Source: Psychromonas sp. CNPT3 (GTDB lineage Bacteria; Pseudomonadota; Gammaproteobacteria; Enterobacterales; Psychromonadaceae). Taken from it: DNA of 24,000 nucleotides. Under the pieces are notes generated by a model. It did no database searches, had not been told where the DNA came from, and worked only from the letters and a program-made list of their open reading frames with translations. Location of the stretch: contig NC_020802.1 of the NCBI RefSeq assembly GCF_000153405.2, forward strand, positions 119,883-143,882, read 5' to 3'. The stretch's first letter is position 1. Each line of letters opens with the position of its first letter. The translations under genes and the position numbers were made by a program. Positions 1 through 7,832 of the stretch are shown here, one piece after another.

Positions 1-24
1 CCTTGGATTAATTAGGATATCTTT

Positions 25-252
25 ATGAGTAAACTATCAAAACGTTCAACGGTTTATTTTGAACCACATATACATCAAGCCTTAAAAATTAGAGCGGCTT
101 CTACACATGTTTCAGTTTCAAAATTAATTGATGACGCGGTGCGTTTATTGATGCTTGAGGATAAAGAAGACTTAAAAGCCATTTCAAGTCGAGCATTCGA
201 AGAAGAAATTAGTTATGAAAGCTTACTTAATGACTTGAAGAAACAGGGCTAA
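25..252 (+). CDS. Ribbon-helix-helix (CopG/ParD/RelB-like) type II antitoxin-like protein, 75 aa
   Basis: ORF with AGGA about 8 nt upstream of the ATG. The N-terminus has an RHH pattern: beta-strand STVYFEP, helix HIHQALKIRAA, helix VSKLIDDAVRLLM. The acidic C-terminal tail (EDKEDLKAISSRAFEEEISYESLLNDL) is typical of toxin-wrapping antitoxin tails. No toxin ORF follows it. Confidence 0.55.
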   Translation: MSKLSKRSTVYFEPHIHQALKIRAASTHVSVSKLIDDAVRLLMLEDKEDLKAISSRAFEEEISYESLLNDLKKQG

Positions 253-323
253 GCATTCCTCTATCATCAAAAAAAACATCAGGACTAACCTCTTAATTAG
301 CCCTAAAGCTTTTGTCGAAGAGA

Positions 324-1142
324 TTAAACCTCACTATTATCGTTTGCCTGTAAAATCAACTCTGCTAATTCTACAAAACCGTAGCCGCCATTTTTAGTGC
401 TGATGTAAGCTGGTTTGGCTTTAAATTGAGGTAAGATTGCTTCAATATTTTTAACACCAAAGGTGGTGGGTAGCCATGCAAACATGGTTTCATCATTGAG
501 TGAGTCACCAATATAGGCTATCTCATTAAGGCTCAGAGGTGGGCTCTGGCCATTATCAAACAAGTACTGCTCTGTAGATAAACGCTTATTGTGCTTTCCT
601 ACCCATGCGTTGAGGTGGATTGAGCTGAGGCTCGCATTGACTCTCTGGCCATTTACGGTTAATTTTTTTATTTTAGCAAGTAACTCATGGCTGAGTTTAT
701 CGCTAACTGGCTCACGATCTTGGCTTAAGTTAATGGCGACATCGCAGTAGCGAAACGGTTGATCATAAGCAAAGCGGATATCCGGATACTCAGTAAGCAC
801 CCTGTTTAAAAGTTTAATAAGCTCACCTTGCTGATGTTTCATGGTATCAAGGGGACTTGTTGTTTTCGTTACAAATTCAGCCTTCCTTTTTTGCATCCAA
901 AAAGCCCCATTTTCACCGATCACGCCATGTACTGGCCAAAGTTTTGCTATTTGATCGCACCAACCCGCGCAAGCACCGGTCACCGGTACTACTTTTATCC
1001 CCGCTAGGCTGAGCTTTTCAAGCGCAAGGAATGTTTGAGGGGGGAGTTTACCCTGCCACGTTAAGGTGTCATCAACATCGGTGAATAACCATTTAATGTT
1101 GCGTGCTTGGGTTATCGGTAGCTGAGCTAAAGGCTTAGGCAT
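324..1142 (-). CDS. HAD-superfamily hydrolase, subfamily IIB-like (Cof / mannosyl-3-phosphoglycerate phosphatase / sucrose-phosphatase-like), 272 aa
   Basis: HAD motif [10 protein letters not shown] (DxDxT, nt 1065-1079), motif II VVPVTG, motif III Lys in GKHNK, motif IV GDSLND. The large cap between motifs II and III fits type IIB. Its ATG (1142-1140) lies inside the end of ugpC (stop 1137-1135), minus-strand ATGCCTAA, an 8-nt overlap implying translational coupling. Confidence 0.8.
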   Translation of the reverse strand: MPKPLAQLPITQARNIKWLFTDVDDTLTWQGKLPPQTFLALEKLSLAGIKVVPVTGACAGWCDQIAKLWPVHGVIGENGAFWMQKRKAEFVTKTTSPLDTMKHQQGELIKLLNRVLTEYPDIRFAYDQPFRYCDVAINLSQDREPVSDKLSHELLAKIKKLTVNGQRVNASLSSIHLNAWVGKHNKRLSTEQYLFDNGQSPPLSLNEIAYIGDSLNDETMFAWLPTTFGVKNIEAILPQFKAKPAYISTKNGGYGFVELAELILQANDNSEV

Positions 1143-2241
1143 AAATAACCTCTAAGACGCCGGGACTTTTGATATCAATATTAATACGTTTTAAGGTCTT
1201 GATATCAAATAGATGTAGGTGCTCTACATTGACATCTAGACCAAGAATATCATTGATTTTAATGGTGCTGTCACCTTGAACGCGTATCACCAGATCTTGC
1301 ATTGAGACATCGATGGTATGACAGTAAAGTAAAAGATCTGCCCCTAAAGACTCAATAAATTCAACTTTCACTTCAAACCATGGGGTGTCTGTTGTGATTT
1401 GTATATGCTCAGGGCGAAGCCCTAATTTAACATCGCCCAGCGCTAAAGATTGAGTATTAAAGGGTAAAAGTGAGCAACCGAGCTTAAGGCCTTGGGGAGT
1501 CACTTGAAAGTTGAGAATATTCATTGCGGGGGATCCAATAAACGTGGCAACAAACAAAGATGCGGGATCATTGTAAATCTCTAAAGGCGTACCGATTTGT
1601 TCGACCATGCCTTCATTGAGTACCACTAATTTATCTGCAAGGGTCATTGCTTCTATTTGGTCGTGGGTTACGTAGACAGAAGTGACTGCTAATCTGCGTT
1701 GTAATTTTTTTATCTGTAAGCGCATTTGCACTCTTAATTTAGCATCCAAATTAGAAAGAGGCTCATCAAAGAGAAATATTTTAGGCTCTCTTACTATCGC
1801 CCGTCCCATTGCGACGCGTTGTCTCTGGCCACCCGAGAGGCGCTTCGGTTTGCTCTCCAGTAGATGCTCAATTTCTAGCATTTTAGCGGTTTCATGGACG
1901 ATGCGCTTGATCTCTGCTTTGGGTATTTTACGGTTACGCAGCCCATATGCCATATTGTTATAAACGGTCATATGTGGATAGAGTGCATAATTTTGAAATA
2001 CCATGGCGATATCTCGCTCACTGGGCTCTAAATCATTCACGATACGACCGTCTATTTTGATTTCACCCGAAGTGATCTCTTCTAATCCTGCAATCATGCG
2101 CAGTAAAGTCGATTTACCGCAGCCACTTGGGCCGACGAGTACTACCATTTCACCATCATTAATAACTAAGTTTAATTTGTGAATGGCCTGATAGCCATTC
2201 GCATAGGATTTTTCAATATTTGAAATTGTTAGAGTTGACAT
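1135..2241 (-). CDS. ugpC: sn-glycerol-3-phosphate ABC transporter ATP-binding protein UgpC (MalK/UgpC family), 368 aa
   Basis: Walker [13 protein letters not shown] signature [14 protein letters not shown], Walker [14 protein letters not shown]-loop THD, and a C-terminal MalK-like regulatory domain. It is the last transporter gene after ugpB/A/E. TAA of ugpE directly abuts its ATG (TAAATG). Confidence 0.85.
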   Translation of the reverse strand: MSTLTISNIEKSYANGYQAIHKLNLVINDGEMVVLVGPSGCGKSTLLRMIAGLEEITSGEIKIDGRIVNDLEPSERDIAMVFQNYALYPHMTVYNNMAYGLRNRKIPKAEIKRIVHETAKMLEIEHLLESKPKRLSGGQRQRVAMGRAIVREPKIFLFDEPLSNLDAKLRVQMRLQIKKLQRRLAVTSVYVTHDQIEAMTLADKLVVLNEGMVEQIGTPLEIYNDPASLFVATFIGSPAMNILNFQVTPQGLKLGCSLLPFNTQSLALGDVKLGLRPEHIQITTDTPWFEVKVEFIESLGADLLLYCHTIDVSMQDLVIRVQGDSTIKINDILGLDVNVEHLHLFDIKTLKRINIDIKSPGVLEVIYA

Positions 2242-3090
2242 TTATTTCTCCGGATCTACGAGGCCTTTAACAAACACTTTTTGCATACTGATCACAACAA
2301 TGACGGGAGGTAGCATGGCAATAAGGGTGGTTGCCATGATTTTATTCCATTCAACCACGCCATCAACGACACCGAGCATTTGTTTGATGCCCATTACGAT
2401 GGTGTAATATTGAAGATCTGTGGTGATAAGTAGAGGCCATAAATATTGGTTCCAGCCATAAATAAAGGTGATAACAAAAAGAGCCGCAATATTGGTGCGT
2501 GAAAGTGGCAATAAGATATCAATAAAAAATCGTACGGGGCCCGCGCCATCGATGCGTGCAGCTTCAAATAATTCACGTGGAATGGTTAAAAAGAACTGCC
2601 TGAATAAAAAGGTGGCGGTTGCACTGGCAATGAGCGGAATGGTTAAACCCGAGAACGAATTAAGCATATTTAAGTTGGTGATCACTTCAAACGTAGGCAT
2701 GATGCGCACTTCTACGGGTAACATCAGGGTGAAGAAAATGATCCAAAAGGCAAACATCCGCCCCGGAAAACGAAAAAACACCACCGCGTATGCCGAGAGT
2801 ATAGAAATACTCAGTTTGCCGACAGTGATGGTCAGCGCCATGATCAAGGAATTAAGTAACATATGCGAGATAGGTAGCGTTGAATTGTTAAACGTACTCT
2901 CATTGCTGAGTAAATCTCGAAACACATCAAAGCCAAGATCGCCAAACCAAAGTGGCGAGCCAGTGACAAATGCGCTGTTCTCATGTGTTGTGGCGACGAT
3001 GGCTATCCAAATAGGGAAAGCAACGGCAATAATGCCAAGTATTAAAATGACATGACAAAAAAGAGTAAAGAGGGGGCTTCGTTGTACCAT
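2242..3090 (-). CDS. ugpE: sn-glycerol-3-phosphate ABC transporter permease UgpE, 282 aa
   Basis: Multi-TM protein with the ABC permease EAA loop (EAARIDGAGPVRFFIDILLP). Operon position is between ugpA and ugpC. There is a 1-nt TAATG overlap with ugpA. Confidence 0.8.
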   Translation of the reverse strand: MVQRSPLFTLFCHVILILGIIAVAFPIWIAIVATTHENSAFVTGSPLWFGDLGFDVFRDLLSNESTFNNSTLPISHMLLNSLIMALTITVGKLSISILSAYAVVFFRFPGRMFAFWIIFFTLMLPVEVRIMPTFEVITNLNMLNSFSGLTIPLIASATATFLFRQFFLTIPRELFEAARIDGAGPVRFFIDILLPLSRTNIAALFVITFIYGWNQYLWPLLITTDLQYYTIVMGIKQMLGVVDGVVEWNKIMATTLIAMLPPVIVVISMQKVFVKGLVDPEK

Positions 3091-3971
3091 TAGTACGCTA
3101 CCTTATTTTCGATATATTTGAATTGAACGACAGTTAAGAGTGCCACCATGATCATTAGGATCACCGATTGAGCCGCTGATGAGCCCAAATTCAGCCCGAT
3201 AAAACCATCGTTGTATACTTTGTAAACTAACGTGGATGTACTGTTGCCGGGCCCGCCTTGGGTCATTGCGTGAATGATGGCGAAGGTATCAAAAAATGCA
3301 TATACAAAATTAACCACTAATAAGAAAAAGCTGGTCGGTGATATAAGGGGGAAACTGATGCTAATAAAGCGTTTGATAGGGCCACTACCATCAATGGCCG
3401 CTGCTTCATGTAAAGACTTTGGAACAGATTGTAAGGCAGCTAAAAAAAACAAAAAGTTATAACTTATTTGTTTCCAAGTAGAGGCGATGATCACCATCCA
3501 CATGGCATGGCTACCATTGAGTATGGGATCCCAGTCAACCCCGAGCTTCCCTAATAATTCAGCAATAATCCCGATGGTGGGATCAAACAAAAACAACCAC
3601 AAAGAGCCGGCTACAACAGGTGCTACCGCATAAGGCCAAATTAAAAAAGTACGATAAAAGGTTGAGCCACGTACGATATGCTCGGCAAAGGCAGATAAGA
3701 GTAACGCACTTACCATGGCTAAAAAGGCAACGCTGATACTAAATTGCAATGTGGTGAATAGCGCATCTATATAGTTACTATCATTAAATAAATAAATAAA
3801 ATTTTCTAGCCCTACAAATTCACGGCTAAAGCCAAAGGGATCTTCTAATTGAAAAGATTGAAAAATGGCTTGGCCAGCAGGCCAAATAAAAAAAATAAAG
3901 GTGATCAATAATTGTGGCGTGATAAGCGCGATGGGTAACCATTTATTTTTAAAGACAACGTTCGATGACAT
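3090..3971 (-). CDS. ugpA: sn-glycerol-3-phosphate ABC transporter permease UgpA, 293 aa
   Basis: Multi-TM protein with EAA loop ([20 protein letters not shown]). It is the second gene of the ugpBAEC order. Confidence 0.8.
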   Translation of the reverse strand: MSSNVVFKNKWLPIALITPQLLITFIFFIWPAGQAIFQSFQLEDPFGFSREFVGLENFIYLFNDSNYIDALFTTLQFSISVAFLAMVSALLLSAFAEHIVRGSTFYRTFLIWPYAVAPVVAGSLWLFLFDPTIGIIAELLGKLGVDWDPILNGSHAMWMVIIASTWKQISYNFLFFLAALQSVPKSLHEAAAIDGSGPIKRFISISFPLISPTSFFLLVVNFVYAFFDTFAIIHAMTQGGPGNSTSTLVYKVYNDGFIGLNLGSSAAQSVILMIMVALLTVVQFKYIENKVAY

Positions 3972-4004
3972 ATTCGCTCTACCGTTTGCTCATAAGAGAA
4001 GAAA

Positions 4005-4034
4005 ATTGCCACCTCAGTAATAAAAAGTGGCAAT
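4005..4034 (-). terminator. Intercistronic hairpin / partial terminator between ugpB and ugpA
   Basis: Arms ATTGCCAC (4005-4012) and GTGGCAAT (4027-4034) form a perfect 8-bp stem with a 14-nt loop. On the minus strand it is followed by TTTCTTCTCTT (plus 3994-4004). Confidence 0.35.
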
Positions 4035-4114
4035 AAGATGGGGCGCTACAAATGAACAACAAGGATCTTTATTATTTTTTTGTCTGATACCGAGTTCTCC
4101 CCTTCGCTTGGACT

Positions 4115-5422
4115 CTATTTTTGAATGCGCTCAAAGCGTCTCAATTGCTCATTGCCGCGACGTACTGCATTATCGAGTGCAACTTTAGGGGAAATATTTC
4201 CCGCCCATACGCCTTCTAGCTCTTCGTTAATAATGTCACGTGTTTGTAGGAAATTACCAAAGCGAATACCTTTGGAATTCTTCGTTGGCTGGGTTGATGT
4301 CATTTGGATAACGGCCGTATCAGTACCTGGATGCGTTTTATAGAATCCTTGTTTCTGAGTTAGCGCATATGCTTTTTTGGTAATGGGTAAATAGCCTGTA
4401 AATTGATGCCAATCAGCTTGAACTTTGGCACTAGACAAGTAAGTAAAGAACTTAGCAACCCCTTTATACGTCTCACTTGAATGACCTCGTAGTACCCATA
4501 ATGACGCGCCACCAATGATCGTGTTTTGTGGTTTTGAGATGAGTGTTTCATCATATGGAAGTTCGGCAACGCCGACGTTAATACCTTTCATATTCTCCTG
4601 AATACCGGCAAGGCCTGCAGAGGATCCCATCGTCATTGCACATTTTTGAGTATAAAATAACGGCATGCCACTAGACTGACGGCCACCGTACTTAAATATT
4701 CCAGATTTAGACCATTTTTTAAGTTGTGCGATATGGTTTACAAAAGGGATGCTATTAAATGTGAAGGTCGTATCTAAACCATCAAATCCATTACTATTAT
4801 CAGCCATTGCAATATCGTTGCGCGCGCCAAAGTTTTCGATTTGCGTCCAAGATTGCCATGTGGTGCTAAAACCACACTCTGCGCCAGAAGCTAATAACTT
4901 ACGAGAAACATCACCCATCTCTTTCCATGTTTTTGGCGCAGATTTAATACCGGCCTTTGCAAACATATCTTTATTGTAATAGAGGACAGGTGTTGAGCTA
5001 TTAAACGGCATAGATAACAACTTGCCATCATTGGTTGTGTAATAACCGGTGACGCTTGCTAGATAATCATTGGCATCAAAAGGCTCGTTGGTATCTTCCA
5101 TTAGTTTATAAACAGGGTAAATAGCTTGTGTCGCACCCATCATCGTTGCCGTGCCTACCTCAAAAACCTGTACTATTGCTGGTTGTTGTTTTGCGCGAAA
5201 CGCAGCAATGGCACCTGTCATTGTTTCAGCGTAACTCCCTTTATAAATGGGTTTTATTTCATATTCAGATTGGGACGCATTAAAATCTGCGGCAATTTCA
5301 TTTACTTTCTGGCCTAAAGCGCCACCCATAGCATGCCACCATTCAACGTCAGTTTTAGCATGAACTTGTGCACTCAATAAAGTTGCCATTACAGCGAGTC
5401 CAGTGAGATGTTTAATAGACAT
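4115..5422 (-). CDS. ugpB: Periplasmic sn-glycerol-3-phosphate-binding protein UgpB, 435 aa
   Basis: Signal peptide MSIKHLTGLAVMATLLSAQVHA|KTD. Long blocks match E. coli UgpB as I remember it (FEVGTATMM, PFNSSTPVLYYNKD, PQNTIIGGASLWV, TGYLPITKKAY, RGNEQLRRFE). Confidence 0.93.
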   Translation of the reverse strand: MSIKHLTGLAVMATLLSAQVHAKTDVEWWHAMGGALGQKVNEIAADFNASQSEYEIKPIYKGSYAETMTGAIAAFRAKQQPAIVQVFEVGTATMMGATQAIYPVYKLMEDTNEPFDANDYLASVTGYYTTNDGKLLSMPFNSSTPVLYYNKDMFAKAGIKSAPKTWKEMGDVSRKLLASGAECGFSTTWQSWTQIENFGARNDIAMADNSNGFDGLDTTFTFNSIPFVNHIAQLKKWSKSGIFKYGGRQSSGMPLFYTQKCAMTMGSSAGLAGIQENMKGINVGVAELPYDETLISKPQNTIIGGASLWVLRGHSSETYKGVAKFFTYLSSAKVQADWHQFTGYLPITKKAYALTQKQGFYKTHPGTDTAVIQMTSTQPTKNSKGIRFGNFLQTRDIINEELEGVWAGNISPKVALDNAVRRGNEQLRRFERIQK

Positions 5423-5696
5423 ATGATTTCCTTTCTCGTCTTAATAGCAAAGGAACTAACAAAGTGATCCATCTTGCTTGTTAAAATTATCCCTACTTAC
5501 GTTGTGAGTTTTGAAGTGAGAACAACTATCTCCTGCAACTCACGCTTTATTAGTGCTAATTTTTCCTGCGCAATACATGACGCTTAATTAATTCCATTGC
5601 TATAAGTTATAATTTAAAGGAGAGAGGATGTTATGTATTCCCTCTCCATTGATTTGAATTTACAAATGCACAGTACATAAATGTTGTTACACTTTA

Positions 5697-5714
5697 GTGA
5701 CAGGTAGATGACAG
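5697..5714 (-). promoter_or_regulatory. Pho box (PhoB binding site), oriented toward ugpB
   Basis: The minus strand reads CTGTCAT-CTAC-CTGTCAC, two 7-bp direct repeats with a 4-bp spacer. This matches the E. coli Pho box consensus CTGTCATA(A/T)A(T/A)CTGTCA(C/T) in both heptamers. It lies in the ugpB/ugpQ divergent spacer, about 275 nt upstream of the ugpB ATG. Confidence 0.55.
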
Positions 5715-5825
5715 ATAAATGAAGCATGCTAAATCTGTCCTTTATTAAAATAATGTCATGCTGCAATAAAAGAGTCATAAAGGTTTGATAGGGTTGTTAA
5801 GTGCATTAGTGAACGAGGAGAGGTA

Positions 5826-6560
5826 ATGAACATAATGGCGCATCGAGGCGTTTCTAGTCTGGCCCCTGAAAATACTTTGGCAGCTTTTAATAAAGCCGCC
5901 GAGCTTGGTTGTGAGTGGATTGAAATTGATGTGCAACTGAGTTTTGATCAGGTGCCGGTGGTGATCCACGATCAATGCGTTGATCGTTGCTCAGATGGAA
6001 ATGGCGCCGTTTCTTCAATGACCTTAGCGAGTTTAAAATCACTGGATATGGGCCTGTGGTTTGCAGACACCTTTAAGAATGAGCGTATTGCTACTTTGCA
6101 AGAAACGTTATTATTGGCAGCCGATAAACATTTAAAAGTGAACATCGAAATAAAAATATATGCGCCAGATAATGTGTTTTTACTGTGTGAGAAAATCAAA
6201 AAAGTCATTATTGATTTAGAGGTTGATCCCTCACAAATATTATTTTCGAGCTTTAATGTTGAGGCATTAAAACTGATGCAATTTTGGCTACCACAAGTGC
6301 GTCGGGGGCTTCTGTTTAAAGTGATCCCCGATAATGCGTTGCTGTTATTAGCGCAAATAGACGCCTATAGTTTGCATTGTAATTACCTGTTTTTGACAGG
6401 GAAAAAGGCTAAATGGGTAAAACAACACGGCTATCAACTTTATTGTTACACCGCCGATGTACCGGAGCAGGTTTACCAATATTGGGAGTGGGGGGTAGAT
6501 ATGATGATCAGTAATGTGCCACAAGCATACCGGCACATCGATGATGAATTAAAGGCATAA
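5826..6560 (+). CDS. ugpQ: Glycerophosphodiester phosphodiesterase UgpQ/GDPD family, 244 aa
   Basis: GDPD motifs AHRGVSSLAPENT and IEIDVQLSFDQVPVVIHD. GGAGAGG Shine-Dalgarno lies just upstream. An alternative start at the second ATG (5835) is equally possible. Confidence 0.8.
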   Translation: MNIMAHRGVSSLAPENTLAAFNKAAELGCEWIEIDVQLSFDQVPVVIHDQCVDRCSDGNGAVSSMTLASLKSLDMGLWFADTFKNERIATLQETLLLAADKHLKVNIEIKIYAPDNVFLLCEKIKKVIIDLEVDPSQILFSSFNVEALKLMQFWLPQVRRGLLFKVIPDNALLLLAQIDAYSLHCNYLFLTGKKAKWVKQHGYQLYCYTADVPEQVYQYWEWGVDMMISNVPQAYRHIDDELKA

Positions 6561-6563
6561 GCT

Positions 6564-7832
6564 TTAAAGCGTATTTTTATATACTTTTTTATCTATTTCG
6601 TGCTTTTTCATCCGTAAATAAAGCTTTTTACGTGGAATTTGTAAATGCTCTGCAGCCTCTGAGACTCTCCCCGAAAACAAATACAAAGCATCTTCGATAC
6701 GTTTTTTCTCATATTCATCAACTAAAAGATCTAACGGGCTTTTACTATCACTAACGCTTAAGGTTTTATCTTTTTCAGAGAGTTTTACAATGCCGATGGC
6801 AAAGAGCTCTGCAATATTTCGTAATTCTCGAATATTTCCCGCCCACGGGTGAAGGCGCAGGGTATGTAAATAACTGGGCTCTATTTTAGGCACGCTTTTT
6901 TGTAATTTATGACAGCTCTTTTTCAAAAAATAATGAAATAAAGGCACGATATCATCTGGACGATAACGTAACGGGGGGATACTAAAATTCTGCTGGTTGA
7001 GAATATAATATAACTCAGGTAATAGCCTTTGTTTGGCAAGGTAATCTTCGGGTGAGTTATTTAAGATACAAATAAAACGCACATGTTTGTTTTGTTTTCG
7101 CTCTTGCATTAATAAATATTCTGCTAACCAATATTGTGCATCTTTATCTAAATATTCTGGCGCATTTAATATGATCGTCGCTTGAGTTAACTCGGTTAAG
7201 CTATCTTTTAGTTGTTGTTTCTTAGGCCTGCGTTTAGCGTCAATGTTGATAATAGGCGCTTTGCCTCGGGGGCTAAAATGATGCAGAAAACGGCAAATAT
7301 TGTGCCGACCCGTACCTGCCTCGCCCCACACACAAAGGTGGTTATCTAAGATCACAATTTCAGATAATAAGGATCGAACTTTACTTATCTGAGCGGATTG
7401 ACCGATTAACTCACGATGTAATGTTTGCGCAATATCATGTTTTTGTTGAAGGTGATGCTCTCTTCTTTTTAGCTGTTTAGTGATCAAACGCAGTAGCACC
7501 GAGGGCTCGATTGGCTTCTCTAAAAAATCACACGCACCTTGTTTTACAGCTTGTACTGCCATTGGAATATCACCATGGCCGGTGATCATTATAATGGGAA
7601 TAAAGGCATCAATTTTTTGAATTTTACTGAGGAGATCTAAGCCATTGAGCTGTGGCATATACATATCGGTAATAACAATGCCGGGCCAATCTTCTTTAAT
7701 GTAAGTGAGGGCGATGAGCGGATCTAATATTTTTTTGCAACGGTACCCTGAAAGTGAAAGTAAGTGCTGGTAGGCATCTAACACATCTTGGTCGTCATCA
7801 ACGAGTAAGATCTCTAAGTTATTATTTATCAT
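6564..7832 (-). CDS. pgtA: PgtA-like NtrC-family response regulator (receiver + degenerate AAA+ + Fis-type HTH), 422 aa from the MINNN start
   Basis: The receiver has the DDD acidic pocket, phospho-acceptor Asp in VITDMYMP (codon 7665-7667) and Lys in LEKP. The central domain aligns to NtrC (GEAGTGRH at 7302-7325; WAGNIRELRN sensor II). C-terminal HTH is GRVSEAAEHLQIPRKKLYLRMKK. I chose the start at 7832 because it overlaps the pgtB stop (minus strand ATGATAAATAA); the 22-codon upstream extension in the ORF track lies inside pgtB. Confidence 0.7.
   Translation of the reverse strand: MINNNLEILLVDDDQDVLDAYQHLLSLSGYRCKKILDPLIALTYIKEDWPGIVITDMYMPQLNGLDLLSKIQKIDAFIPIIMITGHGDIPMAVQAVKQGACDFLEKPIEPSVLLRLITKQLKRREHHLQQKHDIAQTLHRELIGQSAQISKVRSLLSEIVILDNHLCVWGEAGTGRHNICRFLHHFSPRGKAPIINIDAKRRPKKQQLKDSLTELTQATIILNAPEYLDKDAQYWLAEYLLMQERKQNKHVRFICILNNSPEDYLAKQRLLPELYYILNQQNFSIPPLRYRPDDIVPLFHYFLKKSCHKLQKSVPKIEPSYLHTLRLHPWAGNIRELRNIAELFAIGIVKLSEKDKTLSVSDSKSPLDLLVDEYEKKRIEDALYLFSGRVSEAAEHLQIPRKKLYLRMKKHEIDKKVYKNTL

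Noticed and set aside
8-300. TTAATTAG occurs on both sides of the antitoxin gene (8-15 and 293-300); considered as a possible cassette boundary or target-site duplication.
   Set aside because: An AT-only-rich 8-mer repeated within 300 nt is plausible by chance in this composition. No attC-like or inverted-repeat structure accompanies it.
2468-3055. 195-aa plus-strand ORF, together with the smaller ORFs 1682-1963, 2394-2576, 3274-3462, 4125-4343, 4360-4569, 4749-4979 and 5126-5317, all lying inside the ugp genes.
   Set aside because: All are nested in or antisense to genes with strong family motifs. Their sequences are low-complexity and Arg/Ser/Lys-rich, with no Shine-Dalgarno or recognisable domain. 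They are typical shadow ORFs.
5628-5657. 9-codon mini-ORF (MLCIPSPLI) with a strong AAGGAGAGAGG upstream, in the ugpB/ugpQ spacer.
   Set aside because: The apparent Shine-Dalgarno and the ORF are simply the two arms of the hairpin at 5619-5647. There is no evidence of a leader-peptide mechanism, and it is on the opposite strand to the ugpB leader.
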